Shown here in pieces: positions 21,701 to 28,358 of a stretch of 64,000 bases of DNA. Source of the stretch: Patescibacteria group bacterium (lineage in GTDB: Bacteria; Patescibacteriota; Patescibacteriia; UBA2591; CALHIP01); assembly GCA_026417895.1 (NCBI GenBank), contig JAOACJ010000016.1, positions 20,015 to 84,014 on the forward strand, written 5' to 3'. The position numbers were made by a program, and so were the translations under genes. The first letter of the stretch is position 1. The number at the start of each line of letters is the position of its first letter. The notes beneath the pieces were generated by a model that did not search any database, was not told where the DNA came from, and saw nothing but the letters and a program-made list of their open reading frames with translations.

Positions 21701-22241
21701 GAGCAATGAGTTTTTCTTTCGCCTCTCTTATCCTTTCTTTCATCTTCGAAATAGGGCAACGTGCCTCATATTCAAAAGGAATTTTTGGCGGCTTTACAAA
21801 TAAGAGAATATTCAGTTTTATTGTCGGATCAATCGGATCACAAAGGCTTTGGAGACCAAAACCTTTAGTCGCCACTTCATCTAAAAGATCACCGACAACA
21901 GAATCAGCCATTTTGTTCCAGTATTCTTTGTCGGTAAAAAACATTGGTTTGCCAGCTTTACCGCCAGTGGCCAGCCAAGTAGCTGATTCGGTGACAAATT
22001 TTTGGGCAAAACCTTCAAGAAAGCTTTTATAAAGAATGGCTATTACCTGATATTTTACCTTGTCATAAATCCTAATAGCTTGACTTTTTATCCATTCTAA
22101 AACCCGGGGAATATCACCGACGGTTGTGGAAGCTCCTTGAGCATATGCTGGTTTCGGCCAAAATAAAAGAGGAGTAAGTAGGGAGAAAATCATTACTCCG
22201 AGTAAAAAACTGATGATAATTTTTCGAAGATGTTTTTTCAT
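12741..22241 (-). CDS. Giant Cys-rich secreted/surface protein with CBM4/9-like and PKD-like modules
   Basis: ~3,166 aa from probable ATG 22241; signal peptide ending AYA-Q; NLLPNSSFE, FEDDFE and NYVQNGDFE module starts; C-terminal VVVDWGDG...HTY; many Cys. Confidence 0.85.
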   Translation of the reverse strand: MKKHLRKIIISFLLGVMIFSLLTPLLFWPKPAYAQGASTTVGDIPRVLEWIKSQAIRIYDKVKYQVIAILYKSFLEGFAQKFVTESATWLATGGKAGKPMFFTDKEYWNKMADSVVGDLLDEVATKGFGLQSLCDPIDPTIKLNILLFVKPPKIPFEYEARCPISKMKERIREAKEKLIAQYKEGLKGYVNVEYVPGQPPQVQVKIKNAIRIDTKLYDVNKSNLINIADQLSGHQQLFLTEWDKYLQESKKIGPPNISGVLNSLSTIKERLKAITQGPPTFQTSLNWWLGRKWTSDGYRPIEAPVRCLNKSQEEFCQNPNCYNGACPGINNATQCQNNYSYCFEAIKRAQNYASQLSEWATTLEKMVDEAREAVEKGTPSPDLNILEDIQKTFTPEGSDLGVAMSLKSGILSKAAEKVGADKFFQSLQGQFQSVTSKISGKALLPAGLTEERARQMIAEGKASLKVYTGVLVADVANTFIQTFFSKFLERLFQKEGLNPEASPSGRTSWEGGIPASPTQEKIEAIYADLKTVSFKKPSGEINLLEEFAACPTETKYALPYNCVIDGGFARAIEENLTIKEAIEKNYLHGNWYVGSYGLTDGARDFSSRYSLTNLKKLRRARVIPLGLEIAAEKISRGDFGDAKFTLAQIVEGFDKVSSDGDCTIYVQGDPKSNTTEKKCEGSIGSWDSSANCCKKDGQCLVSASPFCHLVDPNWVLKLPSMQCNLMAYSAIPLPASNERQETCIEMKDCVGENEDGTCHTYGYCTREKNIWRLAGTQCPAYYNTCQLYTRTKDNQRFAWLKNTLDFGDCDANSVGCQWYCQRWNKDFAEGAGGWICTEPNQSLNIQPNGSVGSPRSVSDPFNTIFFNKFVETCPATSEGCSEFIRTKENLGTNLLPNSSFEDYSETSTTTTPTILVKGWQITSGQFLVDEAEAKSGKVSAKFTGSGKVELASTDNVDISLLPGTKYTLSFWVKNKDQSNDREIQVKINNSVTKIIPISKNTPWQRVSTDFIAPNNKKIIDLEIAVNGTGIYLDDLQLEVGSLSSYKSYASTNKIYLKKAPDWMKCYNRDNNGNLITNDDDHACADYALACQQDEVGCEKYTPVLGGPYLPAVARDTDRCPRECVGYEVFKQKPTHFYSEEDAYFIPRTVRICPASEVGCEEFTNLDVVNRGGEGREYYSYLRPCQKPRAECQYFYTWIGSETTGYQLKRYYLLAKTTTNGFEPDEMLSSNNAQALWGRCQNSQDARTNPHCKEFYDANGHVSYKLYKNTITCSETCVPLRKTTTVISGYCPTSTQGGLALNGVEFNNGICTYMAIPAEGERCSSVNVGCREYQGNAANNLRILFEDDFESLTVEPWIDGELSSESIYFGGRSMRVANNNNSVSRPVQDLVQKGRSYLLSFWVKRASNNSTTLTIRFRGNDNNIDFPSLPALTTGEWYSFTVGPVYFQREVANDERLVILSSSPFYLDNITLKEVRQNIFAIKNSWQTPTVCDQDLTGASAPGYHLGCAEYRDRANQSHFFRSFSKLCPEIKIGCEALIETKNSTSPFSETFNLTDPDEPKDNVLVPADQLTYLVVDQTKACPAGDKGCQKFGLPNLSQGEPISWTDFYLKNNPDLYTRRPILCRYHQQNCEEFEQAAAGKVYFKDPGEKICVWREKVPIGSEYRTGWFKKGTDQPCYTNYLPDGVTYGIKFSEESGYQGLVGECEERFAGCTEYIEPLRTAGVTNYVQNGDFEIGSGSSGQGPAPNWSYGYSGNSSTVSWDGASKSLKIANDTPHTVGADTRKIYAASQIVEIPHKNQKSFVLNFKVKVVSTSHLSYPSGHVNLKYEGWRGVTQLNGCQTEECQDWQEYKNHCGSSQSCCSWVGGNWSNNQCNISGQPKCKFNRGNLKECIAFLIKNGGNPWGDNLNHWPWNYEHGYEIGASIDASTTITSWQKRSLRVVAGGPLNPKNLAIEEIKIIPLLAPAYWHGGCSKTNAGDCTTIQNCPNCPWRCCEAFGEVYFDDIEFKPLDPYYYLDNNQLDKASCRGQVSLKEGCVLFKAQNDPSAIYNSIATYAKSEANQHRLVSPIDCTKKPWPVDGQGNPVNSDDNCTNSNFANTDYCRYCYALGQNTNDTNLILKVRRDRVCGEWLYCAGKRYVWQENQQRFLEICDYFLRCQKQTGEGSGAQCTLVSTETPEVLTEQKYKNRDFGWTGMDYSGYSLYNFYPVEMLRPKNYPNGYALSYLSGTTDYGVGNRTCTRNEDCPKGQVCYQSKCVVSPTCKLYPENTSPFSREVEGTYRGLNLCTERGGNNCLCSYRKAESVLGEPTYYFNLETDVESIKVCTQAENPQDLGKCCSPPCPNGMAVAFREDCTRTDEGRKNNQGKCEPMKKITDYIGLAGYCLEPDLEKPKEIQACLTWFPGEVETGLDSYNQVRSAGYFPSSDRRWYGYERYTRPAEISGFAPTFFPLGFNLTSSFPGQRLGGNWGCFADRLIQPLYLGGDYGNKCSEYTNYGETDLGYCFLAEGGEGTILQAKYIPYLERKIKREEIQKIIVKAKFRWENTTCSDLNTVDCSSSNKCCGPFDLELGPNNFKRAAYLHATHQNSSGYVCKSNGTCPVGGACLADECPDKNKSCLFIQAEFDQENYLRNFHLEFNEDGSGWGGAIIYTINLHLKSGANLPIKAYLAPASEINVAEGASCWRKDSNNNSRGCCQDYLGFSSEELKRDGSVTRQWACDGTDKEMASCFRGDQRKGSPSQAIYLYSSSYFAKSGNNFYYLDRKIYEYMIDRIEIDWKIDKSNPGDCKFGADYQGTIILPYEDPATKEKKYEKEVTGKGNGEARLFVQTIFDQKEGELKGFKVEFNDDDAGHGAAALTGIRIILKEAANKLVKINDKPYLPTVVNTNLVKLKPGTDVPYGNLTDILDYSYECLPRGATGFQGTMPKKYIIDSKGEVCHLYSGGIYDSDAVIKKLFPKSYAWSYLDVNTLSYLPGNIANNWDSRSDTSLHPTDRSPQIQSVNFSTGVPAGGTVGKITIGNQESGNILISGKTYTATLRFYAWADGAYMPVREVVVDWGDGFRSGSSNMITKNRKPVCKKGTDGLPLSFGDDPDACLNQYWEFVHTYLCTNPNGCSYQPKVYVKDNWGWCAHSASTPTTPYAGDFSCLDPDGNPGTSTPANFGVPYDGQIILNP

Positions 22242-22262
22242 TTTCCCTTTTTTCAATTTTAC

Positions 22263-23021
22263 TTATTTTTGTGCTTCTTTTACGGCTTGTAAAAACAGGT
22301 TTTTTAAGGTGGCATCATCAATTTGATCGAGAGTAGTTTTGTCCGCTCCGACCGAAAGCATCAACTGCCGAATAGTCGCTGGATCCAAATTTTCAAAACC
22401 AGTTAAATTTTCAGCAAAGGGTTGGTTAGTGGGAGGTGTATTAGTTATTGATAAATTGATCAATTTTTGCTGTTCAGCGATAATTTTAGAAAAATCTAAT
22501 TTGCCTAATCCGCTTGATAATTGTTTTTTTAACTCCTCAGGATCAATGCCTGTCTCTTGGATAGTTTCATTATACAACTTTTTTAGAGTTTCGTCATCAA
22601 CCTTGTCTAGGGTTTCTTTAGGTAGACCAGCTTGAATTAATATCTCTTTAATTTCCTCAACTGTTAGTTCTTTCTTTTCTTCTATTTTGGACCCCTCGGC
22701 AACTTTTTTCAAGGGGGTTGATTTGGGATTTAGAGGGTCAGAACCAGCCTCAATTTCTTCTTTGTCGGGATAATTATCAGAATCTGAATCGGATAGGTAA
22801 ATTGAGGTTTTATATTTAAAAACCTCATCAACATCAGAAAGACCATCTTTATCCGTGTCCCTCTGGGCTAATAAAGACTGAATTTCTTCATTAGTTAATT
22901 TATTTTCGTATTTTGGCACTCGAAACGGTCCTTGAATTGACTCTTTAATTCTAAAAAAGCCAAAAAAAAGGGTAAAAATAGCTAAAAGAGCTAAGCCAAT
23001 TAAAGGACCATGATTTTTCAT
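22263..23021 (-). CDS. Membrane-anchored protein with TSP3-like Ca-binding repeats
   Basis: N-terminal TM; DTDKDGLSDVDE and DSDSDNYPDKEE...GSDP motifs. Confidence 0.75.
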   Translation of the reverse strand: MKNHGPLIGLALLAIFTLFFGFFRIKESIQGPFRVPKYENKLTNEEIQSLLAQRDTDKDGLSDVDEVFKYKTSIYLSDSDSDNYPDKEEIEAGSDPLNPKSTPLKKVAEGSKIEEKKELTVEEIKEILIQAGLPKETLDKVDDETLKKLYNETIQETGIDPEELKKQLSSGLGKLDFSKIIAEQQKLINLSITNTPPTNQPFAENLTGFENLDPATIRQLMLSVGADKTTLDQIDDATLKNLFLQAVKEAQK

Positions 23022-23022
23022 A

Positions 23023-23841
23023 TTAAAAATCTTTTACAAAAACCCCAATGTTTTGATAAAGTTTTAGCCAGTCTTCTAAATCGAGGTTTTCTGCCCTCAC
23101 TTCTTGTGACCAACCGATTGCCTGAAAAAGTTCTTTTAACTTTTCCTTTTCTATGATTCTGGTTAAGTTGTTAACTAATTTTTTTCTGGGATGAGCAAAG
23201 CCAGTTTTAATTATTTTGAAAAATAAATTTCTTCTAATTTTGGAAAAACGAGGTTTGAGGTTGGTAATTTTCAAAATGGCGGAGTCAACTTTTGGTTTTG
23301 GCCAAAAATTATTTTTCGAAACAATTTGAACAATTTCTGGCTGACCATAAAAATTAACCATCAAAGAAATGATACTCTTTTTTTTATTTTTAGCAAGAAT
23401 CCTTTCGGCCACTTCTTTCTGAACCATTAAAACCATTAGTTTTGGCCTTGGTTCTTTAGTTAAAAATTTTCGTAAAACGACACCGGTAAGATAATAGGGT
23501 AAATTAGCGACAATTTTATAAGGATTTTTTAATTTTAAATTTTTAATTTTTAAGATATCGCCTTGAATAATTTCTAAATTTTTAACCTTTTTAAACTTCT
23601 CTTTTAAGAAATTAACTAATTTTTTATCAATTTCTATGGCTAATACTTTCTTAACTTTTTTGACTAATTCTTGAGTTAAAATGCCTAAACCTGGGCCAAT
23701 TTCTAAGACAAAATCGCCTTTTTTAAGCTCGGCCGCCTGAATTATTGTTTTTAAAATACTGGGATTAGTTAGGAAATTTTGCCCTCTTTTTTTTAGAGGC
23801 CGGAAATCTAAGGTTCGACAGATTTCTTTTACCTTCTTCAT
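23023..23841 (-). CDS. rsmA: 16S rRNA m6,2A dimethyltransferase RsmA/KsgA
   Basis: GQNFL, VLEIGPGLG, ANLPY, MVQKEVAER, PKPKVDS motifs. Confidence 0.97.
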   Translation of the reverse strand: MKKVKEICRTLDFRPLKKRGQNFLTNPSILKTIIQAAELKKGDFVLEIGPGLGILTQELVKKVKKVLAIEIDKKLVNFLKEKFKKVKNLEIIQGDILKIKNLKLKNPYKIVANLPYYLTGVVLRKFLTKEPRPKLMVLMVQKEVAERILAKNKKKSIISLMVNFYGQPEIVQIVSKNNFWPKPKVDSAILKITNLKPRFSKIRRNLFFKIIKTGFAHPRKKLVNNLTRIIEKEKLKELFQAIGWSQEVRAENLDLEDWLKLYQNIGVFVKDF

Positions 23842-23855
23842 CTTTATTCCCCTAC

Positions 23856-23895
23856 CGTCTTATTTTTTATAACGATCGTTATAAATTTTAAGACG
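23856..23895. repeat. 40-bp palindrome, copy 1
   Basis: CGTCTTA-TTT-TTTATAACGATCGTTATAAA-TTT-TAAGACG; self-complementary except three T/T positions. Confidence 0.9.
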
Positions 23896-23906
23896 ATGGT
23901 TGCTTA

Positions 23907-24467
23907 TTATTTTTTATTATTAATTTGAACCTCTTCAATTAAGAGAAGACGGGTGTAGGGTTTAAGAAAATATTTTTTAATTAAATTTTCCGTTTTGGCT
24001 AAAACGTCATAAGGAGAGACCCAAATACTTTTTTGGAGCATTTGGAAGCCTAACCCCTGGAGTCCGGCACGGAGGAAATTTCTTTTTATTCTAATTTTTT
24101 CTGGAATATCAAAAATAATCATCAACCACTTACCATCTTTTCTCTTTTTAACTTCTTTCAAATTTTCTTTTACTTCTAAAATTTTTCTTTTCCCCTCTTC
24201 GCTCAGAAGCCAGCCTCTTGTTTTGTCTTTTTGAAAGCTTTTAATTAGACCTTTCTTTTTTAAATAATAAATTAAATTACGAAAAGCTCGTCGGCCAGTT
24301 TTTTTCTGGTAGATTTGTCGAAGTCTTTTATATTCAGGATAAAGAACGTCTTGCCAACTTCTCGGTGGCCAATTTAAAAAATCACCAAATTTCTCATAAA
24401 TTTTATATAAATCCCAAAGAAATTTTTCTGTCCAAGAAACCCTTTTTGAGATAATAAATTTTGACAT
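23907..24467 (-). CDS. PaaX-type protein: winged helix plus Cas2-like ferredoxin domain
   Basis: LIYYLKKKGLI...GWLLSEEG (wHTH); DGKWLMIIFDIPE...KR..LR..L..LGF..LQKSIW (Cas2/PaaX middle domain). Confidence 0.8.
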   Translation of the reverse strand: MSKFIISKRVSWTEKFLWDLYKIYEKFGDFLNWPPRSWQDVLYPEYKRLRQIYQKKTGRRAFRNLIYYLKKKGLIKSFQKDKTRGWLLSEEGKRKILEVKENLKEVKKRKDGKWLMIIFDIPEKIRIKRNFLRAGLQGLGFQMLQKSIWVSPYDVLAKTENLIKKYFLKPYTRLLLIEEVQINNKK

Positions 24468-24494
24468 AAAATATCGTTAAATTCTCATTTATTG

Positions 24495-24534
24495 CGTCTT
24501 ATTTTTTAATGCGGTCGTAATAAATTATAAGACA
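24495..24534. repeat. 40-bp palindrome, copy 2 (degenerate)
   Basis: CGTCTTATTTTTTAATGCGGTCGTAATAAATTATAAGACA; 33/40 identical to 23856-23895, same orientation. Confidence 0.85.
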
Positions 24535-24574
24535 AATCAAAGGGCAAAGCAAGGAGTGAAATTAATCAATGAAA

Positions 24575-27088
24575 TTAATCAATAACGAAATTAATTAATT
24601 TGGAAGGGATAAAAATAACCTTTTTAATCTCTTGGCCAATTAGATATTTTTTGACTTTTTCTCGGTTTTTAGCTAAATTCTCAGCCTCTTCTTTTGAAAT
24701 AGTAATAGGAACTTCAATCTTCTCCCTAATTCTTCCATTAATCTGGATAATTAACTCAACTTTTTCTTCTTGAAGCAAACTGTCATCTGCCCTAGGCCAT
24801 TTTTCTAAAAAAATACTTTTCTTTTGGCCAATTTTTTGCCAAAGCTCTTCAGCTAAATGAGGAGCAAAAGGAGAAAGAATTTTCAAAAACAACCCACTTT
24901 CTTCTAGAGAAAGTTTTTCGTTCGGTTGAGACCAAAAATTAATCAATTCCATCAAAGAAGCAATGGCGGTATTAAATTTCATCATTTCAATATCTTGAGA
25001 AACCTTTTTGATCGTTTGATGAAGTTTTATTTTCATTTTTTTTGATGACGGACCAAATTTTTCTTTTTCCTGAAAAATTTCCCAAATTCGATTTAAAAAT
25101 CTGAAACAACCAATCATACTTTTAGTCTGCCACGCAATAGTCTCATCAAAGGGTCCCATAAACATTTCATAAACTCGTAATGTATCAGCACCATATTTTT
25201 TCACTATCTCGTCGGGATTAATAACATTGCCGAAACTTTTGCTCATCTTTCGCCCATCTTCACCCAAAACAATACCTTGAGAGGTTCTCTTTTGATATGG
25301 CTCAACGGTCGGGACAATACCAAGATCAAATAAAAATTTATAAATAAAACGAGAGTATAAAAGATGGAGGGTCGTATGCTCCATGCCGCCGTTATACCAA
25401 TCAACTGGTAGCCAATATTTTAGTAATTTTGAATTTTTCAGTTTGAATTTTGAATTTTTTTTCACTAGATAAGCAAGGTAGTACCAATTTGAACCAGCCC
25501 AATTCGGCATTGTATCAGTTTCTCTTTTGGCTAAACTACCGCATTTTGGACATTTTGTCTTAACCCATTTTTTAATTTTTGCTAATGGTGATTCGCCAGT
25601 ACCGGATGGTTGATACTTTTCTAAATAAGGTAGTTTAACGGGTAAATCTTTCTCAGCTACCGCCACCCAACCAGGATTTAAAATTTCCCCTTTACTAAAA
25701 TTTTGAATTTTGAATTTTGAATTTTGAATTTGTTGGGTGTTTGAAAATTGGGTATTGAAATTTTCTACTAATTTTTTGCAGTTTTTACAAAAAATTAGAG
25801 GGATCGGTTCACCCCAGTAGTGTTGACGAGAAAAAATCCAATCACGAAGTTTATATTGAACACTTTTCTGTCCTAAACCCTTTTGCTCTAACCAGTGAGT
25901 AATTTTTTCAATTGCTTCTTGAGACGATAAACCGCTAAACTGGTCGGAATTAATCAATCGACCATAACCAGTATAAGCTTTCTGACTAATATCGCCGCCC
26001 GCCACTACTTCTTTGATCGGTAAATTATATTTTTTGGCAAACTCAAAATCCCTCTCGTCATGAGCCGGCACAACCATTACCGCCCCACCACCATAAGTAG
26101 CAATAACATAATCACCAACCCAAACAGGGACCCTCTCTTGACTAACTGGATTAATGGCAAAAATACCCTTTAAAGGTACTCCTGTCTTCTCTTTTTCTAA
26201 TTTTGTCCTCTCAAACTCAGATTTTCTTTTTGATTTTTCAATGTATTTTTTAACCTCTTCTAAATTCTCTATCCTAGACTCCAAGTTCTTAATAATTTTA
26301 TGCTCAGGAGCAACAACTAAAGCCGTGACACCAAAAATCGTATCAATTCGTGTTGTAAAGACTTCGATTTGAAATTTGGCATTTGAAATTTGGAATTTAA
26401 CTGTTGTTCCCTCTGACCGACCAATCCAATTAATCTGTTGAGTTTTAATTTTCTCTAAATAATCAACATATTTTAAATCATCAATCAAACGATCGGCATA
26501 TTGAGTAATTCTCAATAACCACTGTTTAATCATTCTCTGCTCGGTAACGGTTCCACACCTTTCACACTTGCCTCCAATCACCTCCTCGTTGGCCAAACCA
26601 ATCTTACAGGATGGGCACCAATTAATTGGCATCTCAGCTTGATAAGCTAGGCCATGTTCAAAAAGTTTCAAAAAGATCCACTGCGTCCATTTATAATATT
26701 CTGAATCCGTTGTATTAATTTCACGCGACCAATCAAAAGAAAGGCCTAAAGATTTCAGCTGTTTTTTAAAAACTTTAATATTCTTTTTGGTAATTTCAAT
26801 CGGATGAAGGCCGGTTCTGATAGCATAATTCTCTGTTGGTAAACCAAAAGCATCCCAACCAATAGGAAATAAAACATTATAACCTTCCATCCTTCTTTTA
26901 CGAGCCAAAACATCAAGGCCAGTATAAGACCGAACATGACCAACATGAAGTCCATCGCCAGAAGGATAAGGAAATTCAACTAAAAGATATTGTTTTGGTT
27001 TAGAAGAAAGGTCTTTGGCTTGGAACAACTTCAATCTTTGCCAGATTTTCTGCCATTTTTTTTCAATTTTTTTTGGTTGATAGATCAT
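24575..27088 (-). CDS. leuS: Leucine--tRNA ligase
   Basis: FPYPSGDGLHVGH (HIGH), KMSKS, editing domain FTTR...VPAHDERD. Confidence 0.97.
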   Translation of the reverse strand: MIYQPKKIEKKWQKIWQRLKLFQAKDLSSKPKQYLLVEFPYPSGDGLHVGHVRSYTGLDVLARKRRMEGYNVLFPIGWDAFGLPTENYAIRTGLHPIEITKKNIKVFKKQLKSLGLSFDWSREINTTDSEYYKWTQWIFLKLFEHGLAYQAEMPINWCPSCKIGLANEEVIGGKCERCGTVTEQRMIKQWLLRITQYADRLIDDLKYVDYLEKIKTQQINWIGRSEGTTVKFQISNAKFQIEVFTTRIDTIFGVTALVVAPEHKIIKNLESRIENLEEVKKYIEKSKRKSEFERTKLEKEKTGVPLKGIFAINPVSQERVPVWVGDYVIATYGGGAVMVVPAHDERDFEFAKKYNLPIKEVVAGGDISQKAYTGYGRLINSDQFSGLSSQEAIEKITHWLEQKGLGQKSVQYKLRDWIFSRQHYWGEPIPLIFCKNCKKLVENFNTQFSNTQQIQNSKFKIQNFSKGEILNPGWVAVAEKDLPVKLPYLEKYQPSGTGESPLAKIKKWVKTKCPKCGSLAKRETDTMPNWAGSNWYYLAYLVKKNSKFKLKNSKLLKYWLPVDWYNGGMEHTTLHLLYSRFIYKFLFDLGIVPTVEPYQKRTSQGIVLGEDGRKMSKSFGNVINPDEIVKKYGADTLRVYEMFMGPFDETIAWQTKSMIGCFRFLNRIWEIFQEKEKFGPSSKKMKIKLHQTIKKVSQDIEMMKFNTAIASLMELINFWSQPNEKLSLEESGLFLKILSPFAPHLAEELWQKIGQKKSIFLEKWPRADDSLLQEEKVELIIQINGRIREKIEVPITISKEEAENLAKNREKVKKYLIGQEIKKVIFIPSKLINFVID
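25699..25726 (-). repeat. (CAAAATT)x4 perfect tandem heptamer inside leuS
   Basis: Plus strand AATTTTG x4; encodes part of QIQNSKFKIQNF. Confidence 0.9.
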
Positions 27089-27089
27089 C

Positions 27090-27118
27090 TTGACTAAATT
27101 TTAATCTTTTCTTATAAT
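27090..27118 (+). promoter_or_regulatory. Sigma70-type promoter of the LysM/CHAP gene
   Basis: TTGACT-17nt-TATAAT. Confidence 0.75.
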
Positions 27119-27166
27119 AATAGCAAGTCAATGAAAGCTTAAAAAGCTATTTTTTATGCAAAAATA

Positions 27167-28357
27167 ATGAGATCTGAACTATTTCTTAAAATTAAAATCA
27201 ATTTTATCCTTCGACTGGTTAATCTTTTTAAAAAGATCGGCTTTTTCATCTTTTGGTTTTTAGAAAAAACCCTTCAGGGCTTTACAAATTTTCTTTTCTT
27301 TTTGGCAAAAATTATTTTGTCTCTTTTCTTTTCCTTATATTTAAAAACAAAGAAATTAATTAAAGAGGTCTCTTTGAATTTCCACTACCAGGATAAGCTA
27401 TTTTCGTTTGTCTCTCACTTTCAGTCAAAAATAATTTTAATTTTTTTGATTTTTGTTTTTGTTTTTATTATCTCTGAACAGAAAATAATACCCGAAAAAA
27501 TGTTGTCTGTTCAGGCTTCTGTTTCTTTCGCCAAAGAAACAGAAGAGAATGAGGCTACTTCGCCTGATTTTAAAATCGCAACAGTTGAAGATGAGGAATC
27601 GGTTTTAATACCAAATTTTACCTTTGAACGAGACTTTGTGCCAACGCGAACAGAAATAGAAAAATATATTGTCCAACCTGGCGACACAATTTCTTCTATT
27701 GCCGAAGATTTTGAGGTTAGTGTTAATACAATTTTATGGGAAAATAAATTAACCCCTCGTTCAATTATTAGGCCAGGCCAGATCTTGAAAATTTTACCTA
27801 TTTCTGGTGTCTCTCATCAAGTCAAAAGAGGAGAAACAATTGAAAAAATTGCTCGTTATTATAAAGCAAATCAAGAAGATATTATTAGCTTTAATGATTT
27901 AGAAGAAAAACCATTAGTTGCTGGCGAAATCATTATTATTCCTGAAGGTAAAATTCCACCACCAGTTATACCAAGAACAGTGACAAGGTCTGTTCGAGAC
28001 AAATTATGGCCCGGTCAATTAGGTCAAAGAACAAGAGAGGGAACTAATTGTCGAGATTTTTATCCTGGACAATGTACCTGGTATGTGGCACAAAAGTACT
28101 GTATTCCCTGGTCTGGTCATGCCAAAAGTTGGTTAGCTAATGCAAAAAAATTTGGCTTTTCTACTGGCCTTGAACCAGTCAAGGGTGCCATTGTTTCACT
28201 CCGTGAAACTTGGTATGGCCATGTCGGTATTGTTGAAGAAGTGGGCGAAGATTCAATTATTATTTCGGAAATGAATCATTTGGGTCCTTGGAAGGTTAAT
28301 AAAAGAGAAATAAAAAAAGATGATTGGCGAATCAATGGTTATATCTATTTAAAATAA
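27167..28357 (+). CDS. Membrane-anchored LysM x2 + CHAP peptidoglycan hydrolase
   Basis: YIVQPGDTISSIA and HQVKRGETIEKIA LysM repeats; GQCTWY...YGHVGIVE...SEMN CHAP catalytic motifs. Confidence 0.9.
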   Translation: MRSELFLKIKINFILRLVNLFKKIGFFIFWFLEKTLQGFTNFLFFLAKIILSLFFSLYLKTKKLIKEVSLNFHYQDKLFSFVSHFQSKIILIFLIFVFVFIISEQKIIPEKMLSVQASVSFAKETEENEATSPDFKIATVEDEESVLIPNFTFERDFVPTRTEIEKYIVQPGDTISSIAEDFEVSVNTILWENKLTPRSIIRPGQILKILPISGVSHQVKRGETIEKIARYYKANQEDIISFNDLEEKPLVAGEIIIIPEGKIPPPVIPRTVTRSVRDKLWPGQLGQRTREGTNCRDFYPGQCTWYVAQKYCIPWSGHAKSWLANAKKFGFSTGLEPVKGAIVSLRETWYGHVGIVEEVGEDSIIISEMNHLGPWKVNKREIKKDDWRINGYIYLK

Positions 28358-28358
28358 A

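Noticed and set aside
12741..22241. Diversity-generating retroelement target
   Set aside because: No reverse transcriptase and no template/variable repeat pair noticed by eye; a self-alignment would be needed to exclude this fully.
1..23021. Integrative conjugative element or prophage
   Set aside because: No integrase, relaxase, VirD4, att repeats or phage genes in the window; the locus is contiguous with housekeeping genes. Sequence beyond the left edge is unseen.
23856..24534. CRISPR array with cas2
   Set aside because: Only two repeats, separated by 599 bp containing a gene; no cas1 or effector genes; the protein has an N-terminal wHTH unlike true Cas2.
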